From a virus (Duplodnaviria; Heunggongvirae; Uroviricota; Caudoviricetes), in IMG/VR virus record IMGVR_UViG_3300031133_000383, positions 314,635 through 378,634 of that record: a DNA stretch of 64,000 nt; one strand, given 5' to 3'. Shown here piece after piece: positions 29,678 to 40,093 of the stretch; within the stretch, counting starts at the first letter, position 1, and the number at the start of each line of letters is the position of its first letter. Position numbers and translations under genes: made by a program. A model generated the notes under the pieces. The model did not search any database. It was not told the DNA's origin and was given only the letters and a program-made list of their open reading frames with translations.

Positions 29678-30595
29678 ATGTTTAAACAATTCCAATGCCA
29701 TGAGTATGCTAATGAAATTTTAAATTTATTCAAACCTCTCTTTGACTATGAAGTTACCGACGAAAAGTGTAATCTTTATTATTTGAATAAGAACTATATC
29801 TATACTGCCAGTATAAATAATTTTTTTGATATTAAAAATATTTGTCTCAATATAAGATTTGATTCTAAAAGAGAAAAAGATCTTGCCTTAAATCCTAAAA
29901 TAAGACTAAAAATGTTGGAGGCTTCTCCTAGCATAATAAAAACAGATTATGATGAATTTGCAAAAATTATTGGTGGGTATTTGGACAAAAAATATCAAGC
30001 AGACTATGAAAATCTGGAAAAGGTAGTTGATGTTTTTATCAGAGCAGGTCTGAAATTAGGGTTTTTTGAAGAAGTAGACAACAAGGCATATGAAAACACT
30101 TGGGCATCATATATAGATTGTAAACCTAATCTAGGCTGCATTCATATTGGTGATTACTCGAAAAATATGTCAATCGTAACATTTAACAGAATTTTTCAGA
30201 AGGGCGGAACTCTTCGAAAAAAGCACTTCAAGAAATCTTATGTAGCAGTAAGTATGGAATACCTAGTTAACTCTAAAAATGAACTAAAGCCTTATTTTAA
30301 AATCAGTCTACCTTTTACAGATGAAAAAAAAATACACTACTACATGGCACTTGAAAGTCCAGATAAGCTTTATATTGTAGAAAAAGAAAAAGATATTTAT
30401 ATAAAATATATTGAAAAATTCAAAAGTATTACGCTGGATATTAACAAAATTGAAAAACATTTTGAAAAAATATTTAGAGCTAATATTGAGGATATTATTC
30501 ATTCTCTAGTGAGAATTGATAAAGATATATTATCAGATATGAGTATTCAGGAATTACAAGAACACTTTGTTCTTGTGGATATGATTAAAAATTAA
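29678..30595 (+). CDS. Hypothetical protein, C-terminal EM-motif family
   Basis: SD aggag; ends ELQEHFVLVDMIKN. Confidence 0.8.
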   Translation: MFKQFQCHEYANEILNLFKPLFDYEVTDEKCNLYYLNKNYIYTASINNFFDIKNICLNIRFDSKREKDLALNPKIRLKMLEASPSIIKTDYDEFAKIIGGYLDKKYQADYENLEKVVDVFIRAGLKLGFFEEVDNKAYENTWASYIDCKPNLGCIHIGDYSKNMSIVTFNRIFQKGGTLRKKHFKKSYVAVSMEYLVNSKNELKPYFKISLPFTDEKKIHYYMALESPDKLYIVEKEKDIYIKYIEKFKSITLDINKIEKHFEKIFRANIEDIIHSLVRIDKDILSDMSIQELQEHFVLVDMIKN

Positions 30596-30749
30596 TATCA
30601 TTCTAATTTTTTTGATTGATGATCAACTACACGGGTCTTCAACCTGTATCTTTGATTAAATTTTGTTTATCTTAAAAAAGCTTTTAAATCTAGTTTTTTT
30701 GTGATATACTGTTTTTCTAAATTAATCAATCTTGAATGGGGATGTCGAA

Positions 30750-30872
30750 ATGAATCGTAATTTTGTAGCAAAACATATGAACACTTTCAACAAGCCTGCT
30801 ACTCAGGTTGATAAAAAACGAAAGTCTAAAAACAAGCGTGATAAACGTGCATTCTTGAAAGATATCGACTGA
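30750..30872 (+). CDS. 40-aa basic micro-protein
   Basis: Promoter and SD gggga; MNRNFVAKHMNTFNKPATQVDKKRKSKNKRDKRAFLKDID. Confidence 0.65.
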   Translation: MNRNFVAKHMNTFNKPATQVDKKRKSKNKRDKRAFLKDID

Positions 30873-30999
30873 TTATGGGACGATTCTTGATCTATTAATC
30901 GTTTAAGTTATCTTCAAATAACAGAACTATAATTTTAAAAAATTCGAAATAACTGTGGTAAAAACAAACTTCTTTCATACTTTTAATTAGGAGAATACT

Positions 31000-31308
31000 A
31001 TGTCTGTCAACTGTCATACTTGTCCTTTCAAACAAAATATTCCGGGCGATTGTCATGTAGCCTGTGGACATCCTGTTGTTAATGGCAAAAATCAATTCAT
31101 CGTCTTATCTGCTGTCATGCGAGGGTCTGGCCATCTACTGACTCAGCCTCTTGGCTTGATTTTTTCTGAATATGGAATTCAATCGGGGTGGTGCAATTTT
31201 CCCATCAATTATGATCCTGCTTGGTTAAGTGGTGAATGTAAACTTCGTTCTCATTATGAAGCTGCAGTCGCTGCAAAGCTGGAATCAGAATCTTCTTTGA
31301 AATCGTGA
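31000..31308 (+). CDS. Cys/His-rich putative metal-binding protein
   Basis: CHTCPF...IPGDCHVACGHP...GWCNFPINYDPAW...C; SD aggag. Confidence 0.75.
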   Translation: MSVNCHTCPFKQNIPGDCHVACGHPVVNGKNQFIVLSAVMRGSGHLLTQPLGLIFSEYGIQSGWCNFPINYDPAWLSGECKLRSHYEAAVAAKLESESSLKS

Positions 31309-31342
31309 CATACTCACGTCAATGAATTACCGGGGCTTCCCG
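31305..31342 (-). repeat. Solo IS200/IS605-type end remnant, copy 1
   Basis: Reverse complement cgggaagccccggtaattcattgacgtgagtatgtcac; near copy at 58921-58957. Confidence 0.55.
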
Positions 31343-31423
31343 CAAAAGATCCTGAAAATAGGTTGTAGTGTATAAGCTATTTTGTTATAATAGCTTATCT
31401 TAAATTTAGAGCCATTCATTGAA

Positions 31424-31867
31424 ATGACTATCCTTTATTCCAAACGCCAGCAAAATTCCATTGATAAAGTCGTTGATTTTGCAAAAAACATTGAAGACAA
31501 CGGCTTCCAATATAAAATTGCAGCAGGTATTGTTTATAAAAACAAAATTATTACCATTGCCAACAATGTTAATAAAACGCATACCTTCCAGAAAAACTTT
31601 TCAAAAAATGAACAAGCTATTTTCTTGCATGCAGAAACAGCCGCTATTCATAAAGCGTTGAAAGTTTTGGGTAAGGAAAAACTGAAACAGGCTACTTTGA
31701 TTGTGGCTCGTATTGCCAATATTCAAACCAACCCAAAAAAGATGCACTATAGCCAAGAAATTGCCAATAGCAAGCCTTGCTCTGGCTGCGAGCATTGCAT
31801 CAATTCCTTTGGCATCAAAAATGTTATTTACAGCATGAATGATGGTTTTAAAATGCTTGAATTCTAA
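31424..31867 (+). CDS. Zn-dependent deaminase (cytidine/dCMP deaminase fold)
   Basis: LHAETAAI...SKPCSGC (HxE...PCxxC). Confidence 0.88.
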   Translation: MTILYSKRQQNSIDKVVDFAKNIEDNGFQYKIAAGIVYKNKIITIANNVNKTHTFQKNFSKNEQAIFLHAETAAIHKALKVLGKEKLKQATLIVARIANIQTNPKKMHYSQEIANSKPCSGCEHCINSFGIKNVIYSMNDGFKMLEF

Positions 31868-31935
31868 TAGTTATTGCCATTGCTCATGATGTCTGTTATA
31901 ATTACCACTCAATTAATCCAGTCAGGAGTTTTATC

Positions 31936-32508
31936 ATGAAATACTACTTGCTATCAGTTATCTTTTTTCTCAGTATGAGTTGCGGGGCTTATGCAAGCGA
32001 GTGTGATATTCAAACAAAAGGTCTGTCTGCGGATGCTGTTCGCCAAATGGTCGATCTTTGCCAAAAAGATCTTGCATCACAAAAAACTGATGGGTTGACG
32101 GAAAACGTTCAGATGCTGGGTAAAATCATGGAAGTGTCTCATGAGTTTTCTTCGTCTCTTGGACTTGCGGCTCGCGAACTGGGGTATGCTGCAAATGAGT
32201 TCTTGGCATCACCAGCAGGCATTTTGACAGCAACTGTTATTATTTGGAAAGTGTTCATGGTCCAGATTCTTGGCATCATCTTTCTCATGGTTGTTATTCC
32301 ACTCTGGATTTATATGCTGCGGAAAACTATGATAGACAAGGTTGAATATCTGCCTATCAAACGTTGGGGTGGTCGTGAAGGTCATAAAAAAGTCGTTACC
32401 TATGAAAGTTTTGATTCTATTAGTAGTGAGCGTTGTGGATCAATGTTGATTATCTCTGTATTTGCAATTGTTCTTATTGCCATCATTGTAGGTAAGATGA
32501 TTACTTAA
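31936..32508 (+). CDS. Membrane protein with signal peptide
   Basis: SD aggag; signal peptide and 2-3 TMs. Confidence 0.75.
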   Translation: MKYYLLSVIFFLSMSCGAYASECDIQTKGLSADAVRQMVDLCQKDLASQKTDGLTENVQMLGKIMEVSHEFSSSLGLAARELGYAANEFLASPAGILTATVIIWKVFMVQILGIIFLMVVIPLWIYMLRKTMIDKVEYLPIKRWGGREGHKKVVTYESFDSISSERCGSMLIISVFAIVLIAIIVGKMIT

Positions 32509-32522
32509 ATTGTCAATACAAT

Positions 32523-32546
32523 AAAAGGCACTTAGGTGCCTTTTTT
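32523..32546. terminator. Bidirectional intrinsic terminator
   Basis: aaaaggcac-ttag-gtgcctttttt between convergent genes. Confidence 0.8.
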
Positions 32547-32572
32547 ATTGAACATCTACTGTATTATAATTT

Positions 32573-34015
32573 TTATATTTTAAAGTCACTTTTGCTTACA
32601 TAATTTTGAGCTTGTTTAGCTATCTGTGCCAATTTAATATCTTGAATCTTTGAAAAATCATAGTTTAATTGATCCATATTGATTTTTTGCTTGATAGGGT
32701 CAAGTACATCTTTGCTTATAATACTATGACTTTCTACTGACTGTTTTATCATTTCAATTGTTTTAGCTCTATCTCCCTTGTTGGTTAGATACATGAACTG
32801 AGTCAGTTTTCCATAATCTATCTTATCGCCGACCTCTCTTAGTATTCTATCAGCAATTTTTTCCATTCTCATAGGATTAACCTTTGTCGATTCTTTGTAT
32901 TCTACAATATCAAAACCTGAACGTTTAACAATGGATTCACCAAAATGGTTCATCATTGCAGTATTTTTATTATTATCAACATCATTTAAAATGTTACTTT
33001 TTGATAATGAAATCAAGTTACTTTCTATAAAATTTTTATTTGTGTCCTTAAAATCATTTGTTTTTATTTTAGAACTCACAATGTACGCAAACTCCGATAT
33101 ATCTTCAACTTTCATTTTAAGCAAATCAGGATTTTCATTGATTACTTTTTTGAACTCCATCATTGCATAGGCTGTGTTGTGTGTGAGATCATGATCTAGG
33201 TTTCTTACTCTGAACTTGATAACACCGTCTACAATTTCATTAAATGTGTCAAGACTTTGTGATTCGACACCTATCAGCATGGTGGATGCAAAATCTGAAT
33301 GCATTTCTCTGTTAACAACATCTTGATCTTGCCCAAATTGGTGTGATTGTCTGAATGAACTATGAGCGGCTTCATGATATACAAGATACTTAGTAATTAG
33401 TTGATGATTGCTTATCTCAACCAGACTTGAAATCCATGCCACATCTTGTAGATTGACATCAATGTTATTTTCATTGTTGTTGACTAACAATAGTGAATCC
33501 TTTACGTTTTCCAATACACCATTGTCTACATGATTATAATAAGCACTTCCGTTGGTATGAGAATTTGATAGTGTTAGTATGCTTTCAGACCAGAATGGAT
33601 TTTTGACAACCATTGTTTCACCTTCTTCAAGTGTTCCAATTCTATTTATATTACTTTGACCTAGTGCTTGAAGACCTATCCCACTATAGTTTGTGTTTGC
33701 AATATTGTTGCCCAAATTGATGTTGTCTTTATATTCTTTTATCTTTGAATATAAATCCATTCCTTGGTCATTTTGTTGTATCATTTGTTCATGTGCTGCA
33801 ATCGGTGCTTGTTCTGTGATTGGTTGATGTGGAAGTGCGTTTGAAATGAAATTTAATGCAGTGGCTCCCAACAGACCATAAATAACTCCCTTGTTTTTAT
33901 TGATGTATTCTCCAAAATTATAAAGAAGTCCTTTAGTGGCTTTAAAGCTGTCAGTATGATAAAGATTATCATCAAAATTTTCTTTTATATTAGCTAATTG
34001 ATTGAATTTAGACAT
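32573..34015 (-). CDS. Putative zincin metalloprotease-like protein
   Basis: LVYHEAAH (HEXXH) plus downstream REMHSD; hydrophobic segment near N-terminus; ends SKSDFKI. Confidence 0.65.
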   Translation of the reverse strand: MSKFNQLANIKENFDDNLYHTDSFKATKGLLYNFGEYINKNKGVIYGLLGATALNFISNALPHQPITEQAPIAAHEQMIQQNDQGMDLYSKIKEYKDNINLGNNIANTNYSGIGLQALGQSNINRIGTLEEGETMVVKNPFWSESILTLSNSHTNGSAYYNHVDNGVLENVKDSLLLVNNNENNIDVNLQDVAWISSLVEISNHQLITKYLVYHEAAHSSFRQSHQFGQDQDVVNREMHSDFASTMLIGVESQSLDTFNEIVDGVIKFRVRNLDHDLTHNTAYAMMEFKKVINENPDLLKMKVEDISEFAYIVSSKIKTNDFKDTNKNFIESNLISLSKSNILNDVDNNKNTAMMNHFGESIVKRSGFDIVEYKESTKVNPMRMEKIADRILREVGDKIDYGKLTQFMYLTNKGDRAKTIEMIKQSVESHSIISKDVLDPIKQKINMDQLNYDFSKIQDIKLAQIAKQAQNYVSKSDFKI

Positions 34016-34135
34016 TATTTTTATTGATGTTTTTTATTATTATACCATTGATTCAGAAATATTAAATAGCTAATTCATTATCTTGACTAAAATAATCATT
34101 CTATGCTAATATGATGATTCTTTGGAGAAAACTTT

Positions 34136-34438
34136 ATGAATCGTGAAAAAATAATCAGTCTTTTCGAACATTACCTTGAAAATACAGATGAACATCACAA
34201 ATTTGATCGTATAAAAAACCCAGTTACCAAACGTCCCGATCTGCAAGCTTTCATGATTTTGGATACATTGCTGCCTTCTGATGATGATATTATTGCAGCG
34301 GCTGAGCATGATATTATTTATCTGGCTCCTGATATTGACGACTTGGCAGCAGTTATTACAGAAGACGACTTTCTTGCTCTGATTCGTTGTGGCATATCCT
34401 ATGACCGTCACTATGATTGCTTGTATATGTTTGTTTAA
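34136..34438 (+). CDS. Hypothetical protein (phage-type)
   Basis: SD ggag; RPDLQAF...AAEHDIIYL...LIRCG. Confidence 0.75.
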   Translation: MNREKIISLFEHYLENTDEHHKFDRIKNPVTKRPDLQAFMILDTLLPSDDDIIAAAEHDIIYLAPDIDDLAAVITEDDFLALIRCGISYDRHYDCLYMFV

Positions 34439-34503
34439 TTTTCCTTGTAAATTAAGCATTTTGGTGATATAATTATTTAAATCAAATTGTAGAGGTACTG
34501 TTC

Positions 34504-34941
34504 ATGGCTATTCATTTTATTGACAATATCGAAAAAGAGAAAAACACAAGTACAGAATTTTATCTTCGCGACATCATTAATTCTGCATTCTCTTTTTTGG
34601 AGTCAGAAGTTTACAAGGGTGCAGTACCACGTTATGTCTCAACGGCAAAACGTAAAGAAATAGAAAACATTATCAAAGAAAGATACTGCTTGGTCTATTG
34701 GTGTTCCTCTTATGAGTTTCCAGTCAACAGTTATCATGATGATGATGGTGATTATATATCCTCTGATTCAGAGACTGTTTTTTATGGATTTGATCATGCA
34801 GCCGCTGTTAAGGCTCTGGAATCAGATGGTATTGAGGATGCTGCTAAAGTCTTGAATGCAATACCAATTGTTGACGAATTTATCAATCTTTACTACGGAG
34901 AGGGCATCACCTTTTCTTATTTCTTTGTCGAAAAGAAGTAA
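34504..34941 (+). CDS. Hypothetical protein
   Basis: SD gaggt. Confidence 0.75.
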   Translation: MAIHFIDNIEKEKNTSTEFYLRDIINSAFSFLESEVYKGAVPRYVSTAKRKEIENIIKERYCLVYWCSSYEFPVNSYHDDDGDYISSDSETVFYGFDHAAAVKALESDGIEDAAKVLNAIPIVDEFINLYYGEGITFSYFFVEKK

Positions 34942-35239
34942 TTTGATTATTGTAGCAAGAAGGACACTTATTTTGAAACCGGTGTTATGGCAGTATTTTG
35001 ATTGATCTTTGCCGTTTTGTTCAAAACAGACATCTGCCATAAAGCCTATTTATTCGAGATTATTAGTATAATACTCCTTATTTTTCAGGTTTTACCTTCA
35101 AAGATGACTTTGTGGCCGTTAAACTATCTTGTAGTATGGGCTATGATGGCACTGAAAGTGTTACCATTCCAATACCTTTTGAATGGCTTGCGGTACAGCA
35201 AAAGAAAAAACTTGACGATCAAGCCACATAAAAGATATA

Positions 35240-35575
35240 ATGGCTTCCTATAAAGCCATTGGGGTACATATCATGAGTGCAATGCATGTTCGTTTAGAAA
35301 GAGTGTTCGATAAAAAAGGTAATTTCAACCTTTCTGAATTTTCTCTTACCCATTTTGATCCCTATCGTAAAACAAATAGTGAAAACTATATCGAACTTTT
35401 TAATCTTCTCTTTGATAATGACAGCAATGTCCTATCCGAAGTCTATCAAGCACTGCCTGCGTTCATCAAGAGTAAAAAGCTGAGTCCTTTTTCAGATGCT
35501 GTTAAACTTTACTATGGTCAGATGCATGGTGCCAATACCAATAACAGCTATCCTGCTACTTATATCTTTCGTTAA
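35240..35575 (+). CDS. Hypothetical protein
   Basis: SD ggggt suggests start at MSAMH. Confidence 0.6.
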   Translation: MASYKAIGVHIMSAMHVRLERVFDKKGNFNLSEFSLTHFDPYRKTNSENYIELFNLLFDNDSNVLSEVYQALPAFIKSKKLSPFSDAVKLYYGQMHGANTNNSYPATYIFR

Positions 35576-35640
35576 AAAAAACTTGCTATAAACCGTTGTT
35601 TTTGCTAGAATAACTACACTTAACCACAAGGAAATAATAG

Positions 35641-35754
35641 ATGACTACCAATAAAAAACAAAATGAAATCGAAATGGCTTATGCACAACGTGATGCTATC
35701 AAGCAAAAACAAGAAGAAAAAATGTGGGCTATCCACGAAAAGAAAAAACGCTAA
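35641..35754 (+). CDS. 37-aa micro-protein, QREIE-AY...W..HEK family
   Basis: Promoter and SD aagga; MTTNKKQNEIEMAYAQRDAIKQKQEEKMWAIHEKKKR. Confidence 0.8.
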   Translation: MTTNKKQNEIEMAYAQRDAIKQKQEEKMWAIHEKKKR

Positions 35755-35788
35755 TTTTCTTATCATTCTAATTTCAGGAATTATCTTT

Positions 35789-36163
35789 ATGCAAAACCAA
35801 ACAGTTCAACTTACGGATCACGCAATTATTGACTTTACTCACCTTGATCATGCTCCCGATGGGTATTTTGCAGCCGCTATGGGATGGTACTTTCACGGCG
35901 AGCTAGAATCGAAAGTAGGATATGATTTGGCGGCAGCATCAGAAGATTTGATGTTGCTTGAAGATGGTATCTATGCCGGTACTTGGCAAGGCCACGACTG
36001 TACCTTCTTTTTTTGGACCTATATTTCTGACTTCAATATTGCTCCCGCAAATGATCCTAGCATGAAACATAAACGCTATCGCGGGCTGATTGTGCTGAAT
36101 ACCGATAAGTCGTCTTTTGAGGATGCACACAAAAAATACACCGCAAAAGTACAATTCTTGTAA
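35789..36163 (+). CDS. Hypothetical protein
   Basis: SD agga before MQNQTVQ. Confidence 0.7.
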   Translation: MQNQTVQLTDHAIIDFTHLDHAPDGYFAAAMGWYFHGELESKVGYDLAAASEDLMLLEDGIYAGTWQGHDCTFFFWTYISDFNIAPANDPSMKHKRYRGLIVLNTDKSSFEDAHKKYTAKVQFL

Positions 36164-36382
36164 ACTACACCGATCAGAAGAAAGAAGTTTGCCTGTTTCT
36201 AATTGATTTCAAAGAATAAAATAGCCTGATAATATTCTAATTATCGGGCATTTTTATTTTTTTCTGTTTTTTTTGAATTTTATATGATATAATCGACTGC
36301 ATGTATTTTAAATTTCTATAGATTCTGTTATTTGGTAGAATTTTTAAGATAACTCATTTATTTTAGCTTAGGGGACATTTTC

Positions 36383-37054
36383 ATGCTCAAAAAGGTTAGC
36401 AGCTACTCCGAATTCATCAAATACCTTTTTGATGACAATGTACAAGTCAACTTTGAACTTATTGAAAACGAATTTCATTTGCCATCAAACAGAGATTCAG
36501 AGTTAATTCTAAGCCATTATCATATTGATAAGCCATCTGCTTTAAACAATATTCATCTATTGAAAAATGGTTTTGTTGATCATGAAGGATTCAGGATTTA
36601 TTTAATTTATTGTGAGGGATTGGTTTACTCTAAGGTTTTTAGTTATCTGGATGTTCATGTTGCTGCTAAATTCAGAGATCTTAATAGTCCTTGGAAAATT
36701 GTCTATGATTCATTATATTTTACATGGTTGAGTAAATCATTTCATAGACACTCAAAGCAAACCTATACGCATCCTGTTAAAATTGAACAACAGTATTCTC
36801 AATATACCCTTTATTTTGCACCACAAGAAAAATTTGCAGTATCAAGAGTCGTTGTGGATAGCAATTATAGATATATTGTTGATATTGAATTTTCAAAAAA
36901 CTATTCAACTGTTTTAAGACTGTCTGATTTGTCCTTATCTTATCCTGAGATTGCAAACCAACTCAGATTTAAAGTCCGTTCAGTTGATAAGTTTACAACA
37001 AACAATAAGCATTTTAGAGAGCATCTTAAAATTTTAGAAATGATTGCTCTTTGA
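36383..37054 (+). CDS. Hypothetical protein, C-terminal EM-motif family
   Basis: SD agggga; ends FREHLKILEMIAL. Confidence 0.8.
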   Translation: MLKKVSSYSEFIKYLFDDNVQVNFELIENEFHLPSNRDSELILSHYHIDKPSALNNIHLLKNGFVDHEGFRIYLIYCEGLVYSKVFSYLDVHVAAKFRDLNSPWKIVYDSLYFTWLSKSFHRHSKQTYTHPVKIEQQYSQYTLYFAPQEKFAVSRVVVDSNYRYIVDIEFSKNYSTVLRLSDLSLSYPEIANQLRFKVRSVDKFTTNNKHFREHLKILEMIAL

Positions 37055-37063
37055 GGACTAATT

Positions 37064-37705
37064 ATGATTCCTATTACTGATTATGACTCTTTGTTTAAAA
37101 CACTTCTCTCCATTGAAGAAACTGGATATTTTATCACACCAATAGAAGTATTTTTAAAAAATGAAACAGTTACTAAAAATATATACTATACCTGTATTAT
37201 TGACAGTAATAGTTATGTAATATTCCAATTAACTAAAAATATAATAACCAAGAAATTTTTTTTCTGTACGGATTTTAAAGGCAGTCATCGTGACCACGAT
37301 GAACCTGCTGTTATTGAATATTCTATTCATGGCAATATTATTTTAAAAGAATGGTTTATTAAAGGTAGCCCAAATAGAAAAAATAATTTAAAACCTATTT
37401 GTATTGAATATAAATATAATAAAAAAAATGTACAACATGTTAACAATTCTGCTGATGAACTCAAAAATGCTGGTTTTGTTATTTTTAATTACTTGAAAAA
37501 AAATATTGGTGTTAGTTGCTCCCATATACTATATGATTTAGACAAATCAAAAGTTGTTGATATTTTTCTTTACAATAATGGTCAACCTATATCAATTGAC
37601 ACTTTATTGGAATCTTATCCCGCCATCAACGACCTCTCATTGTCTAATTGTTTTGATTTATCTACCTCTGATATTATTACTGTACTGGATATGATTTTTC
37701 AATAA
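37064..37705 (+). CDS. Hypothetical protein, C-terminal EM-motif family
   Basis: HRDHDEPAVIEY...EWFIKG unit; ends DIITVLDMIFQ. Confidence 0.8.
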   Translation: MIPITDYDSLFKTLLSIEETGYFITPIEVFLKNETVTKNIYYTCIIDSNSYVIFQLTKNIITKKFFFCTDFKGSHRDHDEPAVIEYSIHGNIILKEWFIKGSPNRKNNLKPICIEYKYNKKNVQHVNNSADELKNAGFVIFNYLKKNIGVSCSHILYDLDKSKVVDIFLYNNGQPISIDTLLESYPAINDLSLSNCFDLSTSDIITVLDMIFQ

Positions 37706-37795
37706 ATCAGTAACTGAATTAAGATTTCATTTCATAAATTTCTTGATTTTTTATCATTTTTTTGATAAAGTACTGCTTTGAAATGAGGATAATGT

Positions 37796-38224
37796 ATGCA
37801 AATCGATGTAGATACTATTAGGCACAATGAATCAGCAGTTGGTCAAATTTTCTGGATTTGTGATTTTCGTCGCGATGATTTGGATAAGAAAGCCCAACGC
37901 CATGTCCAACCTACAAAAGTAATGGTTCGTTCCAATAAAGAAACAACTAAAAGAATTTATTATTCAGAAGTTCACTTTGTTAAAGTAGGGGTTAATGGAA
38001 AAGTATCTACCACACCTATCATGTTGTTTGATAATACCGGTTATCGATCCGATACAGGTATTCCAGTGTTTGTTTTTGATAACGAAGAAGAATGTATTGC
38101 CAAATACAATCAACAAGCGGACAAAATTATCGCAGCCATTGATCTTCGCATGCAATGTATTCTGTCCAGTTTGGCAGCCGAAAAACAAGACATTCTCAGA
38201 TTGAAAATGAATTCAAGAACCTAA
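37796..38224 (+). CDS. Hypothetical protein
   Basis: SD gagga. Confidence 0.75.
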   Translation: MQIDVDTIRHNESAVGQIFWICDFRRDDLDKKAQRHVQPTKVMVRSNKETTKRIYYSEVHFVKVGVNGKVSTTPIMLFDNTGYRSDTGIPVFVFDNEEECIAKYNQQADKIIAAIDLRMQCILSSLAAEKQDILRLKMNSRT

Positions 38225-38779
38225 AATGATTTTTGATTATCTCAAAAAAATTGCTAGGTATGCAAAATGATTTTGGCACTGACATTTATTTTAATGCTGT
38301 GCTTCACTTTGAGTTTCATGAATTATTGGAAACTTGTTCCACAACAGGACTTCGGTCTTTTCAAAAGGAGAAGGTATGTTTAGATTGTTTTCCAAAAAAG
38401 TCATTGTTGTTGAATATCCAAACAGTGTTAGCATTTATGATAGCTATTCAAAAGTCAAAAAAGATACTGAACTTCTCCAGTTTGTTGATTCTGATATGTC
38501 ATTGAAATCTAAATCAAGTAGCCTTGAAGCACTAGTGGTAAATCCCAATGATGAATCTTTTACTATCATCATCTATTCAATAAACAAAAATACAACAAAC
38601 AGGTTAAGTCCAGCGGCAAAGCATGCTTTTAATCGATATTATTTCTCATTTTTTAAATCATATCTAGATCTTGATATTTTCTCAGCTTTCTCATTTAGTA
38701 AACATGAAGCTTGATTGTGTATTACTAACTTGATTTTTCTCTAATATTTGTTATAATAATAAAATCTTAATTCAAGGGT

Positions 38780-39268
38780 TTGAGATCCATGACTGTCACT
38801 TTTCGCATAAATCTTGATGAATCACAATTCCCTCAGAAAAAGGTTTTTATGTGTGATCTTTTTCCTGAACTCGATGATGCCTATTTTGAAGGCGATTATG
38901 GCATTAAATTTGACCCGGACACACGACAATTTTATGAGCTTCAAACAGTTATCGATTTTGCTCATGAAAAAAATTTCTCCACTTTCAATTTTCAAGCTTT
39001 ACTTAAATTGATTGATCATAATATTTATATCATAAGTAAAGAAAATGATAATTTTGGTGAAGTCAAATATGAAAATCTTCAATCATTTCGGCGTAAAGTA
39101 TTTATTGCTCGTAACAAAGTAAATCAGAACAATATAAAAGAAGGCTTTGTGGATGGCATTATGTATTATGGTGGTATGACTCTTGAATACATACAATTTA
39201 ATTTGTCATTGATGCTGAGCATTATTTATAATGCAATAAAACGCCAGTTTGATATTATTTGGAATTGA
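38780..39268 (+). CDS. Hypothetical protein
   Basis: 162-aa ORF after a promoter. Confidence 0.7.
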   Translation: MRSMTVTFRINLDESQFPQKKVFMCDLFPELDDAYFEGDYGIKFDPDTRQFYELQTVIDFAHEKNFSTFNFQALLKLIDHNIYIISKENDNFGEVKYENLQSFRRKVFIARNKVNQNNIKEGFVDGIMYYGGMTLEYIQFNLSLMLSIIYNAIKRQFDIIWN

Positions 39269-39278
39269 GGACATACCT

Positions 39279-39623
39279 ATGAAGCATTCAACTGATGTAT
39301 TTAGACTTGGACTTTCATTTATGTTTGGAACATTGTTTTTTTCTCTATTTCTTTGGAATTATTTTATAAATCATTACGCACATTCTGTATTAATTCAGGA
39401 ATTAGGACAGCCTATGACTAGTAGTCTTCTTATCTTTGTTTACTTTATGCCTCTTTTTATTGGTTTACCTATTGGATTCTTTTTTATCTTTAAATCAATC
39501 AAAATGGAAAATGAAGAATGTGCTGTTCAAATAGCAGAAATTCGTCAACAACATGAACAAGAAACAAAAGAATACAATGAACGTATAGAGGCTTTAAGAT
39601 TGAACTTCTATAACAAAAGTTAA
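39279..39623 (+). CDS. 2-TM membrane protein
   Basis: SD gagga; two TMs and a coiled-coil tail. Confidence 0.7.
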   Translation: MKHSTDVFRLGLSFMFGTLFFSLFLWNYFINHYAHSVLIQELGQPMTSSLLIFVYFMPLFIGLPIGFFFIFKSIKMENEECAVQIAEIRQQHEQETKEYNERIEALRLNFYNKS

Positions 39624-39639
39624 ACTTAATTAGGAGAAA

Positions 39640-40026
39640 TTGATGACTCAGATTCCACAATCGCAAGTTGTTATGGTAGATTTAGTAAACTCTACTACTG
39701 ATAAGTTTGCAAAACTTATTGATGACAAAGCTATCGGTACAACATTTTCTTGGATTGAATTTCGCGACACAACGTTACTGAAAATTATCGAATTTTCATG
39801 TGGCTTTCTGAACTATTCGGATAAAGAACTTTATTTGAAAACCTTCAATAGTCGTATGGCTGCTAATGGGTATTTACTCAAAGCAGTTAATTCACTTGAA
39901 GATAAAGTAGAAGCTTGGCATGAAGGTGATGGACATTTACAAGAACTGCATGAATACCTTTCACTGACATGGCAAGATTATAATCATTTTGTTCATGGTA
40001 CACCTGTGTATATTAAAAATAAATAA
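39640..40026 (+). CDS. Hypothetical protein
   Basis: SD ggag; C-terminal VEAWHEGD...LHEYLSLTWQDY. Confidence 0.7.
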   Translation: MMTQIPQSQVVMVDLVNSTTDKFAKLIDDKAIGTTFSWIEFRDTTLLKIIEFSCGFLNYSDKELYLKTFNSRMAANGYLLKAVNSLEDKVEAWHEGDGHLQELHEYLSLTWQDYNHFVHGTPVYIKNK

Positions 40027-40093
40027 TTCGTCTATTTTATCAGTAAATTTCGTTTTTAAAAAAATAAGTCATAATAAAATTAGGAATTATACG

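Noticed and set aside
35663-35788. N-terminal extension of ORF 35663-36163
   Set aside because: Overlaps the conserved micro-protein 35641-35754 in another frame; an SD supports ATG 35789
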